A stretch of DNA of 55,394 nt. It comes from a virus (lineage: Duplodnaviria > Caudoviricetes). Each line of letters opens with the position of its first letter. The stretch's first letter is position 1. This document shows, one piece after another, positions 1-11,500 of the stretch. The stretch is taken from IMG/VR virus record IMGVR_UViG_3300048813_000197, positions 1 through 55,394 of that record. The stretch is one strand, 5' to 3'. Below the pieces are notes generated by a model. The model was not told the origin of the DNA. It did no database searches and saw nothing but the letters and a program-made list of their open reading frames with translations. Made by a program: the position numbers and the translations under genes.

Positions 1-274
1 TCTGTGTGTTCTTATGCCAATAAGCAAACCATGGCCATCGAATTATATCTTCGTAGCGATGAGCGCTTACCAGTGACCACTTACCCTGTGATAATGGCAC
101 CCAACGGTAAAGATTCTCATCTACCTCATACGGAATACTATCCTTGCCAGGCCGAATAAGCGGGCGATGTCCTCGAACGAAACGGCGAGGCTCGCCTTTT
201 ACATGCCCCCTGCCAGAATTATTCTGAGAGGCGATCTTCGTCGGTAATCCACATCCACACTCGCAGAGTTTCAT
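1..274 (-). CDS. HNH-AP2 homing endonuclease family protein, N-terminal part (runs off window edge)
   Basis: Not in ORF track. Hand translation MKLCECGCGLPTKIASQNNSGRGHVKGEPRRFVRGH...YRWVPLSQGKWSLVSAHRYEDIIRWPWFAYW matches the N-termini of the HNH-AP2 ORFs at 16092 and 49400 (CxCxC..T, F..GH, L..G). ATGA overlap with upstream ORF. Confidence 0.85.
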   Translation of the reverse strand, partial: MKLCECGCGLPTKIASQNNSGRGHVKGEPRRFVRGHRPLIRPGKDSIPYEVDENLYRWVPLSQGKWSLVSAHRYEDIIRWPWFAYWHKNTQ

Positions 275-408
275 GCCGCCTTCTTAACCTTTTCCCGATC
301 CCAAATCCGACTCTTGCAGGCCGGGCACGTCTTCGGCGTCCCGGCGATCCGCTGAAACCAATCAATTCCGCAGCGCTTGCAATGTCGGGGTGTACCAATC
401 TTCGCCAT
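271..408 (-). CDS. 45-aa Zn-ribbon protein
   Basis: Not in ORF track. MAKIGTPRHCKRCGIDWFQRIAGTPKTCPACKSRIWDREKVKKAA; two CxxC; starts 6 nt after a consensus-like promoter; resembles N-terminus of 52734..53132. Confidence 0.8.
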   Translation of the reverse strand: MAKIGTPRHCKRCGIDWFQRIAGTPKTCPACKSRIWDREKVKKAA

Positions 409-414
409 GCACAA

Positions 415-443
415 ACCTTACTTATCATCTGTTCACTTGTCAA
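415..443 (-). promoter_or_regulatory. sigma70-type promoter, leaderless transcript
   Basis: TTGACA-17 bp-TAAGGT, ATG 6 nt downstream. Confidence 0.75.
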
Positions 444-460
444 CTGCAAAATAAACCATC

Positions 461-490
461 TTGCAACACATCCTTGCAACCGTCTACAAT
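461..490 (+). promoter_or_regulatory. sigma70-type promoter, leaderless transcript
   Basis: TTGCAA-18 bp-TACAAT, ATG at 498; second CTTGCAAC in spacer. Confidence 0.65.
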
Positions 491-497
491 CTCCCTC

Positions 498-992
498 ATG
501 GAAACGAAACGCCGTGTAGGCAGGCCAACAAAAGCAGAAGCTCTCGCAAGAGAGCTAGCCGGGGAAGTCAGGAAAATCAAGAAAGTTAAGAAAGCCAAGA
601 AGATCATCGTCATCCCCGCAAGGACGAAACTCTCCCGAGGACGGCCAACCAAAGCGCAGGCTCTGGAAATAAAGCACGCCGAAGAAACCATTGCAAGGTT
701 CCGAGCTGAAGCCGAAGCTCGCAAACTGAAGACGCGCGCGCAAGCTGCCAAGAAAGGCCACAAGAAGCTCCGGGGTGTCAGGCGCGCAGATCCTGCTTTC
801 TTCGAGAAGATTGGCTCGCTCGGCGGTACGGCTACCGGCGATCGGATGGGCAGGCATAAAGCCGAGTTCTATCGCGCGATTTCCGTGCTGGCGCATCAGG
901 TGACGAGGGAAAAGCGGGCTGAGGCGAAGTTCCAGGCGGAGAAGGCGGAGCGTGAGGCGCGGAGAATTGCGCGGATGAAGGGGGAGGGATAG
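498..992 (+). CDS. basic DNA-binding protein with two AT-hook-like GRPTK motifs and a KGG-like repeat
   Basis: RRVGRPTKA, SRGRPTKA, FFEKIGSLGG...EFYRAIS; very K/R rich; start reassigned to ATG 498. Confidence 0.7.
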   Translation: METKRRVGRPTKAEALARELAGEVRKIKKVKKAKKIIVIPARTKLSRGRPTKAQALEIKHAEETIARFRAEAEARKLKTRAQAAKKGHKKLRGVRRADPAFFEKIGSLGGTATGDRMGRHKAEFYRAISVLAHQVTREKRAEAKFQAEKAEREARRIARMKGEG

Positions 993-993
993 T

Positions 994-1077
994 CTACCGC
1001 CGCGGCGAAAGCCGCCGGACTTTCTTCCGGGTCTTGGTGCCTTTGCGGAATGTCCAGCGGGTTTTCTTGCGGGCCAT
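994..1077 (-). CDS. putative 27-aa protamine-like peptide
   Basis: MARKKTRWTFRKGTKTRKKVRRLSPRR; TATAAA 7 nt upstream of ATG; below ORF-track cutoff. Confidence 0.45.
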   Translation of the reverse strand: MARKKTRWTFRKGTKTRKKVRRLSPRR

Positions 1078-1094
1078 GAATCCATTTATACAAC

Positions 1095-1127
1095 AGAAAA
1101 GCCCCAGCGGTTAAGCTGAGGCCTTCT
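1095..1127 (-). terminator. intrinsic terminator after 1152..1463
   Basis: Minus-strand hairpin AGGCCTCAGC-TTAACC-GCTGGGGCTT followed by TTCTGTT. Confidence 0.6.
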
Positions 1128-1151
1128 GACTTGCTCTCTTTTTGGGTTGTC

Positions 1152-1463
1152 TTAGGTCGTCTGCGCGATCGTGAACGAAGTGATGTCCGGCGAAGGCGGT
1201 GCGACGATGGTGAGACTGATGACGCCAGTCGCCACGGTGCCATCCGCATTGGTGTAACTGATGGTCAGCGTGAAACTGGTACCCACGACAGCCGAAATCG
1301 GCAGAGCAGCGGTGGCAACCAGACCAGTCGAATCGACAGTAATGGGTGCATTGACCGTATCCGAGCTAACCCAGGTAGGGGGAGTGGACGGGACCGAAGT
1401 CGAAGGTACCGGAGTCGCGGTGAAAACCGGCGAAAATCCGGGTGCAACAGGCAAAAGCGCCAT
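1152..1463 (-). CDS. small Ig-like beta-rich protein, possibly virion decoration
   Basis: T/S/V/P rich with TWVSSD and ITVDSTG motifs typical of bacterial Ig-like domains; RBS AAGGAG. Confidence 0.65.
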   Translation of the reverse strand: MALLPVAPGFSPVFTATPVPSTSVPSTPPTWVSSDTVNAPITVDSTGLVATAALPISAVVGTSFTLTISYTNADGTVATGVISLTIVAPPSPDITSFTIAQTT

Positions 1464-1473
1464 GGGAATCTCC

Positions 1474-1794
1474 TTATTGAGTTTGTGAGATCACGAATCT
1501 TTCAATCCGGTTAGAGGGTTGTTTTTCAAGATCGTGCTGAATCTTTCTGAGGATGCGCAAAACATGCTCTTCGTAGTGACCCGTCTTACCTTCCAGCCGT
1601 TCGATTGCAGCCTCGAATTTGAGGATTGACTGCGCGACGACGGTGTTCTCGTATCCGGCAGCGGAGCTCGTCCGAAGATACTCGACGGCATCCCTCAGAA
1701 AGCGGATATCGTCCTTGTTCTCCTGAAGGAGGCCGGTGATGCGGTCGATGTCTTTGTCTAATTGCTCGGCGAGTTTGGTATCGGGCACGCTCAT
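1474..1794 (-). CDS. hypothetical coiled-coil protein
   Basis: Heptad-like helical sequence, own leaderless promoter. Confidence 0.65.
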   Translation of the reverse strand: MSVPDTKLAEQLDKDIDRITGLLQENKDDIRFLRDAVEYLRTSSAAGYENTVVAQSILKFEAAIERLEGKTGHYEEHVLRILRKIQHDLEKQPSNRIERFVISQTQ

Positions 1795-1801
1795 AAGCTC
1801 A

Positions 1802-1829
1802 AATATAACTCTTGGATGCAGGGTTGCAA
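1802..1829 (-). promoter_or_regulatory. TTGCAA-class leaderless promoter
   Basis: TTGCAA-16 bp-TATATT-7 nt-ATG. Confidence 0.6.
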
Positions 1830-1846
1830 ACGGTATTTCGTGAAAA

Positions 1847-2053
1847 TTAACGGATGAACGGGTGACCGATTCCGCCGCCGGCCAAGGGGAGCAGCGCCGA
1901 CACCAACCAGATCAGAAGAATTACGGCAACGATAATCTGGAGCACGACCCGGGCGAAGGCCAGCGGAGGCGGAAATGGGATGACGCTGATGATCCACCAG
2001 GCGACGGATGCGATCAGGCAGATGATCAGCAGAGTAATCAGCAGAGAAATCAT
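1847..2053 (-). CDS. small two-TM membrane protein (possible holin)
   Basis: Two hydrophobic helices separated by a PFPPP turn. Confidence 0.7.
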   Translation of the reverse strand: MISLLITLLIICLIASVAWWIISVIPFPPPLAFARVVLQIIVAVILLIWLVSALLPLAGGGIGHPFIR

Positions 2054-2296
2054 GAGGCACCATCCGAATCCATTAGATGCGCCTTTCCTCCAACTGCGAT
2101 GGTCAATTTCGAACAGTCGGATTCCTCCGACTTATGTGGCCAGCGGCAACAGGTCAACTAGATTTGCAAGTGGGATAAAGCAGGGTGGGCGTACAACGAG
2201 GACAGTGAGGCGGGACTGGCTGATTGATGGCAAGCATACGCCGGCTACATATTGCTTGCAACTTTCCGATGCCGACCGTGCTTCACCGTAACAACC

Positions 2297-2506
2297 TTAC
2301 TTCTTCCACGTATGGTCAAAGTCTGGCGGTCGTACTGCGTTGTTACCATACAGAACAACGATCAGATCGATACCTTGCTTGGCAAATTCTGCTCTTATCT
2401 CTTCAACCATCTCCGGCGTGACAGCAGAGCGCGGCGAACGCATGATCGAAATGCGTTTTTCTAAAACTGAAGGTTGGCTTATTGGTGTAGCAGTTTCCTG
2501 TTCCAT
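2297..2506 (-). CDS. hypothetical protein
   Basis: RBS AAAGGAG; follows the giant ORF. Confidence 0.6.
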   Translation of the reverse strand: MEQETATPISQPSVLEKRISIMRSPRSAVTPEMVEEIRAEFAKQGIDLIVVLYGNNAVRPPDFDHTWKK

Positions 2507-2528
2507 AAAATCTCCTTTCTGTATTACT

Positions 2529-5500
2529 CTACATGACCCCGGCTAGTTTTCTGCGCCGTCCGTGACGGACCGGGACGACTTTGTGCGGGGTAACAGCGTA
2601 CCTCGACAGCGGCACTTCCTCATTCGCCAACTGCTCGGCGATCTTTGTCCGGCGCTCCTCCGGTGTCTCCTTGTGCGGGCCGGTGTCGTAGAAAGTGGAT
2701 TGGTAATCCTTCACCGCTTTCACCGCGTTGTACGCATCTCGCGCGGCCACGCCCACAAACATATCGGTCGCCGCATTGATCACCCGATTCTGTTGGACGA
2801 GCTTCTGCTTGTCCTTCGGGTCATGTGTCGCCACTTCGTTGAAGAACTGAGTCAGCACCTCGACACCCATTCCCATCGACACATCGGCCATCGCCGTGAA
2901 CAGCGCTTCTTTCGATGCCGGGTGCGCGGCCAGCCATTCCCTGCGCCGCTTCTCGATCTCGGCTTCAGACGAGCCAGACATCTGATGGCGAAGATGGAGC
3001 ATTTCCTGCAACGCCCAGCCCGCAATGCCGAAGTTTGCGCCGAATCTCGCAATCAACTGATATGGCGCCGGACTCTTCCAATCGGCATGGTAAAGCTCCT
3101 GCCACACAGTCCGATTGACGAGGTTTGCCGTCTTGAACATGAATCCATGCAGAGACTGTGAGATACGCAAGAGCGTGGTCAGGCGGTCATAGAGAGGCTC
3201 GCCAGACGTTCCGCGCAAAGCCGGTGGCAACTCTGACGGCCGCCCGCTGCCGGTTGTCCAGTTGGCGGCTCCTAGTTCGATCTTCTTGACAGTCGCCGGG
3301 CCGTATCCCTTCGCCGCCAGGTTATCGAGTTCCTCGTCCGTGAAGCCGTAGAGGTCGGTGAGTTTCCGGCGCAGCATCGGATTCTTGGGGTCTTTGGCGA
3401 GTTCCGGATACGCATACTTTTCGAGCCACAATCTGCCGGCTCCAGCGGCAATCGCCCGGCTGATGTACATCATCGCCGTGAAACCGTTGAAGTCGAGCAT
3501 CTTTTGATCGAGGCCGCCGGTACGCATACCATATTCGCGCATCCATGCCTGCCGCATGTAATTGGTCATGGCACCGCAGTCCACCGCATTGCGCCTTACT
3601 TCGACAGGAGAGATTGTGCCCTGCAGAATGGCTCTCGCCACACTCCGGGTATTGGTTGCGAGCGAGGTCTTTGCCAAATGGAACGGCAACTTTAGGACCG
3701 ACAGACTCATCTTGCTGAGAACCAGCCAGCGGTTTGCCTGCCGCAAGAAGAAGCGGTCGGAATCGTGGAGTCTCGCTGGCTTCAAATCGGAAGTAATGAT
3801 GCTGCTGACTAGCTTACGATCACGCTCATTGGGAAGATTGTCGATAAGCGGGTCCGTCTTCTGCCGGAACTGGCCGTGGACTTCGGTTGCCGCCAACTTC
3901 TCGGCTACTTCATTCACATACCGCTCGATCGCCTGCCGGTCGCGGCCATACATCGGAATGTCGAATTCCCGCGCGCGCTCGATGTTGCCAGCCAGACGAA
4001 TCCCGCTGCTGTTCCTGTCGAAGAACGCCTGGGCCTGAGATTTCGATATACCGCGCTGCTCCGCGATCTTGTCGATGAGCTTTTCCCGGCGCTCGCTCCC
4101 CTTAGGCATCTTCATGATGTCGCCCAAGGAGGTGACTTCCGGCTTCCCGCCCTCGCCCTTGACTACGAATTTCCGGTTCCAGTCGTACATTCTGGGCCAG
4201 TAATTTGGGTCTTCTTCGATCTTTGAGAACGGAACCTCCTTGCGCTTGCCGCCTTCGTAGATAACCACCGCCAAACCCGCATCCGCGAGTCTCTGTCGAA
4301 CGGTGGCAAAGAACTTGCGGTACTCGGCGACTGCCTTGTTGATGCGTGGGTCATCGGATGTCGTTTTGCCCTCGATGATCTTGGTGACGAGTTCATGCTC
4401 TGGCGGTCGCAGTTTATTCTCGAAAATGATTTTTGCGACCATGCCACCAAATTCGCCGCGGTAATTGCCTGATTTTAGATCGTAGTCGATCATCCGGCGC
4501 TTCAACTCTGCGCCCTCTTTGGGTAGTTTATTCTCGCGGAAAATCTTCTCGACGGCGCAATCCCCCGATGTGCCGAACATCCAGATATTAGACCTGACGA
4601 AGTAGGATGCGGCGCGCGCATTGTCCTTCATGTCGTCCATCCAGATCAGCGCCTCGTTCTCCATATCCCGCGTCTTGCGCTCGGTCGCCGCCTTCACCGG
4701 CTCACCGCTGCCCATGGCCCGACGCCCAGCCTCCGTCGCCTCCAGTTTGATGATGCCCTCGTTCGCTGTGATGGCGCGCGCGGCAGGGGCTGGCAATTCC
4801 TTCGTCCGGGTAAGTAGGTCGGCCCACGCCTCATGCGCCGCTTTCTGCCACGGGTCAAGGTCTTCTTCTCGCGGACCCTGGTAGAGTTTGCGACCCTGCC
4901 CCTTATACTTCATGCCCTTGTTTTTGGCATCCTTCGCCTTCGGCAATTCGAGGTCTTTGATGTGGGTATAACTCGCGCCCTCGCCATCCTGCTCCCATTC
5001 GGCGGATTGCGGTTTGACTTCCTCGCCTTGCTCGTATTGCAACATTTCTTCTGGAATGCCAACCGACTCGCGGAGGTTCTTCGAGAGCCTGGATTCGATC
5101 TTCTCGCCGAATACCGCAGCCTTCAGAGCTCGCATGCGCGGCAGAATTTTGGTTGCCAGAACCTTCATTTCCGGCAAAGTGTCAGATGTCAGAAACACGT
5201 TTGCCACATTTGACTTTGCACCATACCGCCAGGTTCTCCCGGTGCCCTGCTCGAACATGATCCCGCCCCAAGGCAGACCGAGAAAGACTCCCATGCGAGG
5301 CCGGTCGCCAACTTTGTCGTGCGCCGATGCACCGATTCCGCCGGCAGAGTATGTCATGTAGAGCGCATCCTTGGACCCCGCCATAAAGTCGTCCAATTGC
5401 TCCGCGCGTAGTTCGTTGTGCTCTCCGGCGAAGATACCCACTTTGTCGCCAAAAGCATCGCGCATCGCGCCGACAACATCCGGCAACGGCGGAAGCAGTT

Positions 5501-8500
5501 TGTTGATCTGAGCACCCATGTCGCCCGGCAGGTTATGGAAGAAATCCATGCCTTCATCAGCCGGCGAACGGTACTCCGAGAAAAACACGGGTTTCCAGCC
5601 ATCGGCAATCGCCTTTTTTCCGAGGTCAATCGCATCTTTAAGCCGTGCGCCCTCAATGAACCGCTTGAGGTAGATGGCTTCATGCCCGGCTGTCGGGGTC
5701 AGGTACTTGCTCATCCCGGCCTTTTTGAATCCCTCCATCGCCATGGAAAACGCCTTGCGGATATTGCGCACACCGGTTCGAACTTCCTCAGTCTGAGGTA
5801 CAAGAGCGACGTGCGCCTCGACGCCATCCATATCCTTGTGCAACGTTTGCCACTGCCCGCGCTCGACAAGTTGCTGCCTGAGCTTTTCCAGTTTCCCGGC
5901 GGATGCGCCACCGCTGTAGGTATTCGGTCCGACCTCCACCAAACCGAACTGCTTTGCCCATTCAGTGAATCCTCCCTTTGGCCAGAGTCCGAGCTTATGC
6001 ATATAGCCGAGTTCCATGACCGTCGAGTGCGGGGTGGCGCTGGAGTAGACTACCTTCTTTGCGGCGTGGCCCAGCATGACAACCGCTTTGCCCTGCTCGG
6101 AGTCTGTCCAGTTGCGCGCTTCGGCTGATTCGTCGAACAGAACGAAGTCCCAAGGTATAGAGAGGACACCCTTATTTCCGCGAATTGTGGCGTATGTGGC
6201 GGCGTACATTCCCGTCTGGAGGTCGCTCATTTTCGACGGAAGCATGTCTACATCCACACCTAACTTTCGAGCTGTCTCCCTGTATCCGTCATCGCCTTCA
6301 ATCAGGTTCTGGCTGCGAGTGACGATCAATCCAACCTTGTCGCCACCGGTTCCAAGCAGGTGATCGGCGATTGCGGACAGCATCCAGGTCTTGCCGGATC
6401 CTGTTGGGCCAGCCAAAATCGTTCCGTCGAACTGTTGCAAAGCGGAAAGCGCACCCTCGATAGCCTCTGATTGCCCCGGATAAATCATGAGTTGCCGCAC
6501 ATCAGGCGAAATTCGCACAGTCGGCGGCGGCGTGCCAGTCGGCAGCCCGAGCGCCTCCACATGCTCGCGCCACTTGGCGGGATCGACAACCGGCGTTCCA
6601 CGTGGAACCTCCGGCGCTTTGAGCTTGGCCGCCTTTACGCCTGCGAGGGGGTTGGAGTCGGGCTTGGCAATGGCAGTTCCCTTACCTTTTCCGGCTGCAG
6701 GTTCCCGGTCGGCCTCTCCTCGCTGTTCAGGAACTCGGTCAACTGCTTTTTGTCCATCTGTAGCAGGTCCATCAGGTACTCTTCCCGATTTGCCACGATC
6801 ACCTCCCAATGCTATTGCCGTTGGATCGCCATGCGCCTGTTGCGCGGTCACAGCCTGCGCCGGCGTCGTCGGCTCGTTCATCGTCGGACGTTCGCTGATT
6901 CCGTGAACCAACTGGATGACGCTGGTATCCTTCGGCTCTGAACTGCCGCCAATGATTCCTGTCGCGCCGCGGAGTTTGTCTTCGATGCCGTTCAATTGGC
7001 CGCGAAGCAGTGCCTGGCGACGGGGATCCTGCTCCCGCTTTAGTTGTGTTTCAAGGTCGCGCGCCTTCTTTGCCAGTTCGATGGTCTCGTTGAGGCTGGG
7101 CTGATAGAGTTTCTTGCCCTTCTTGGCGTCGGCCAGCATGTAGATGGTGTCTTTGCCTGGCTCTTTGTACATCCGCCACGCCTTGACACCATTCTTCTTG
7201 TCGCCGAGAAACTCGTCGGCTGCCTCTTTGTCTGTGAAGACGAACTTCTGCCCGTTACTACTCACCTCGCGCGGGCTGAAATCTATGCTCTTCAGATTAG
7301 CCGGCCACTCACCTTTCGCGCCTTCCGCCAGTTCATCAACATCGATCCGCGCCGTAATCGGCTTGCGCTCCGCCCGGGTCCAGTCATACCAATGGTCGAA
7401 CATCGCGGTGAGCGCAGGACTCCCCTTTGCCAACTTGAGATTGGTCGCCTGATTGTAGATAGACTGCATCGCGCGAGAGAGGACGGCGAACACCTTCTCC
7501 AACTTGCCGCGCCGAATGCCGCCGTCTACGTGATACCGCTCGTTCGCTTTCGAGAACATCTCCTCTTGCGCATCGGTCCATTCTTCGCCTGGCTTCGCCC
7601 CCACAAAGTCGTTTGCGATCTTTTGGAACTCCGGCTTCATGAACTTGCGGATGTAGTGGGTAACCTCGTGGATAAACGTCGAAATGTCCGCTGAATCCAG
7701 CAACCTGATTACGCCAGTCGCTTCGTCGATCATCTCCATGTAGCCGCGATAGTTCTCCTCTTTACCTCCAACAGCAAAGTTGAGACGGCGATTTCCCATC
7801 AACTCCTCGGCAGAAACTCCGAGAGCGCGGGGAAGGATGTGCTCCAGGTATTGCGTTGCGGCTTCGGCCTGCTCCGGCGTGAGATTCGGATGAGTCTCCA
7901 AAACCTTGCGTAGTTCCTGCAAGGTGCGCGGACCTTCGGGAATGACCTGGGTGACACTCTCCGGGTCCGGCGTCACATCGGCAATCGCAGTCTCTGCGTG
8001 GACTGCGGGTTCAACCGGCAGCGGACCACGGCCATCCTCGATCGCGGCTTTTACGACTTCCGGAAGAGGTGTGACTGCGCCCCATTCTTCGGGGATGACT
8101 TTGAGACCGTAACGGGAAGCGATCTCGTTGGTGAAAACATCGGCCGGGTGTTCCGCGCCGTAGAGTGTTCCCTGTGCCCCATTAGCTTTCTCTGCGAACC
8201 TTGCCATCATCGTCGCGTAGGCGCGCGGTGATTCTTCGAGCGCCATAGCCAGCGCTTCAACTGCCGGAAGAGGCGGTTTATGTGTCGGTTGATCGTCGAA
8301 GCCAAGCATTGTTTGAGTTAACCGGAAACGCTCCGGGTGTAGCATCCGCTCAATATGTGATTCGGTTTCTTCTGCGGCTGGTTTAGGTTCCAGACGCTGA
8401 AAATGCTCGAGGTAGGAAGATTGGTTGCGTGCGCGGTTCGCCAGACGCACAGCATCCGTGTTCATCGAAGCGAGATTCCAGTTCTCGCCCGCATTCTGCA

Positions 8501-11500
8501 TGCCGACAAAGAACAACCCGGCGCGGGTGAGCTTGTCCTTGACGGAATCGGATGCTTTATCCAACACTGCAGCATCTGTGACCGTCAACCCGGCCAGCAT
8601 GTTTTCGAAGAGGTCTTTGGCTTTCTCTTTGAGTTCGCCGTCCTTCGAGACGTACTCCTCAATCTTCGTCGGCGGGATGATCCTGGCATCCTGGAGCAGT
8701 TGCGAGATTTCCGCAGACCGCTCGCGCATCGCCTCTCTGACGGTCTTCGCCCCTTTTGAACTGAAGATATCCATGGAATTGACAATGCCGGATAACCGCT
8801 CCGTGAACTCTGGGGTGAGTAGGCGCTTCATGGCCTCGCCCTGTTCCTCGTCCGACATGCCACCTTCGGGGCCGCGATTCAATTCGGTGCCCAGGCGCGA
8901 CCATTCGATATCTGACTCAATCGGATTATCGAGTACCTTGACGAGAACAGGGTGTTCATATTTCAGAACCTCCGCCGGATCGATCCCAAAGAGCATTGCC
9001 CGGGCGTGGAGTTCTTTGACGTAGTTGGCGAATTTATCTGGCGACTTGCGAATAGCGGTAAGCAACCCAAGCGCACGCCGGTTGCCGGAGATCACATCCG
9101 CCTTTTGGTCGAGAATCGGCGGGCCGGTGGTAGCCGATACTCCATTGTCGAGTACCTGGTCGGGGTCCGGGTTCGTACCGATGGCTTCAACCCGGGCCTG
9201 CGCATTCTTGCTGGTCTTGTAGTTGCGCGGCTGGCCCTTCTGGTTATACCCCTCCCTCTCCTCATAAGTGAACGGCATGTGGGAAGTACGCACGTCGCTA
9301 GCTTCCATCAGCGCGTAATGCGCCTGAAGCTCAGCGCCGTTCCCGTGGGAGACAACTCTGGTTTCGCGGCCAACCGAAATCTTGCCAGCAAACTTCGGCT
9401 GCGGCGCCGGAGCCGGATTCTGCACAGACTCGGCACCCGCGACAACCGCATCCGCCTTCCGCGTATTGAGGTCCGCCGCCTGCTGCGCTGTATTCGCGGC
9501 TTGCGTCTGCCCCTGCGCGCGCAAGTCATCCGCCGCCTGCTGTAAATCGGCGGCCTGCGATGAAAAATGAACAACCTGCTTGACGGCCGATTCCCGCGTA
9601 CCCTCGGCGTCTTCCCTGAATTTTGCCGCAGTCGCCTCGGCCAGCGCCTTGAGAATGTGCTCCTCGGCCGCGAACCGCACCTGCCGCATCCGGGTCAGAA
9701 ACTCGTTGACCGCCGGCGTCCGGACTCTGGCCGGAAGGCTCTGCGCATCGCGCTCTATTTTGAATAAATCCTCAAAGTTATTGACCTGGCCGAAGCCCAT
9801 CTTCGACGCCTGCTCCGTCAATCCCTTGCTCACCCGGTAAAGCGCCTCGAGCGATGGCAATTTGCTCGACAGCGAATCGTAAAGCGCCTGGGTCATCTCC
9901 TTTTGGTGATCGGTCCGCTCCTCGGCAACCAGCCGGTCGGCAACATCCATGTCCATCGCCTGCCGGGTAGCGTCCCTTTGCGCCATGCGGAGCTCGCCGC
10001 GGTGCTGTGCCAGATTCTCGGCCCCCATGTTCGCGAGATCGATGTGCTGGCCAGACTGCATCCGCTCCCTGATGTCTGTCGTGACAAACGCATCGAGCTT
10101 CGCGGGTTTCGCGCGCAGGTATTCAGCCAGCGCCGAAATGCGCCGTTCCGTGTCCAACGAGTCAAACGATCGGCCAAAGAACTTCTCGGTGTGCTCATTG
10201 AGGTCTTTGCTCGTTGCCGGGTCGGCCTTGAGTGTGTTCTCGATATTCAGCCGCGAGATGATGAGTTTGGCGGTGCCGGCAAAGAGATCGGCACCCGGCG
10301 CGAGCTGCTCCTGATCCCCGGTTTCGGTGCGATCGAGGAATGGCTTGAGTGTGGCGTCTAGCCGGTCCGCATGCTTCGCGTCGACGACATGCTGCTCATA
10401 GGCCGGCGTCTGCTTGAAGGATTCCCATTGCTCGGGGTGACTCTTCTCGAGCCACTCGGCGGCCACCTTCTGCCGGTAGACGGGCAGCGACGAAAACGAC
10501 TGGCCCATTTGCTGCTCGGTCAGTTCCTGAACCTTGGCTTCGGCCGCAGTGACTTGTGCTGTGCGCTCCGCTGTCTCGCCCGCTGTCGCGCGGCGATCAA
10601 CTATCGGGACGCCACCCGCTTCCGGATGCTCGGGGTCATACCGCTGGCCCGATTCACGCTCCGTCGTCCAATGGGTGCCGCCTGGGGAGACGTTCTTCGA
10701 GGTGCGGCCTTCGACAACACCAAAGCCGCGCTCTTGTTCCGTGGATGGCTTTTCTTCCGCAGCCTTCCGCGCAGCGTATTCCGTCGCCTGCTTTCTGGAT
10801 TCCTCTTCCTGCTGGCGCTGAAGTTCTTCCTGCTGCTGGCGCGCTGCGGTTTCCCGGCGAAGCGCATCCTGCTTATAGGCCTCTTCCCTCGCCTGGCGCT
10901 CGACAATTTGGCGAGTGAGATTCTTGGCCGCCTGCAAACGCTGCTGGCGTACTTCTTCTGTAGTGGGTTCGGCTGCGGCTGCTCCGGCTTCTACCGCACG
11001 CGGGTCGATCGCTCCGACTCTCGACTTCTTTTCCTTGGCGCGGATCCTCGCGGCTTCCTGCGTCACCCGGGCCTTGAATCGAGGATTCGCGTCTTCGACC
11101 GCTTCGTAAAGGACCGACGCCTTCTGCTCTGAGGTCAGATCACTGAACTTCTTTTTGTAGGCGGACTGCGCCTTGTCATTGAGGATGGCGGTGTTGTCGC
11201 GCTCCTTGAAGTTCTCGATTGCGGTTCGCGCGCCGTGCTCCGCGTAGTGCATCCCGGCGATGACGGCGACATTGCCGAGAAGACTGCCCCATGCTTCCGG
11301 GGCATCGCCTTCCTTTGAATCGCTACTCACGCTCGCGGCAGTCGCGCCAGCTACACCCTCGACGCCGCTTGTGGCGAGATCGGCCTGAAAGCGCAACCCC
11401 ATCGGCGCGGCAATGCTTTCCGGCATTGTGTAAATCGATGCCAGAGAGTAAAGGTTGTCGATGCTGGTCATGCCTTCGACGGACTTGGTAAAGCCCGTCA

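Noticed and set aside
1-159. Open plus-strand frame at window start
   Set aside because: The minus-strand frame encodes a clear HNH-AP2-type N-terminus, so this is its shadow
219-479. 86-aa minus ORF in the track
   Set aside because: Alternative frame over the better supported Zn-ribbon and HNH genes
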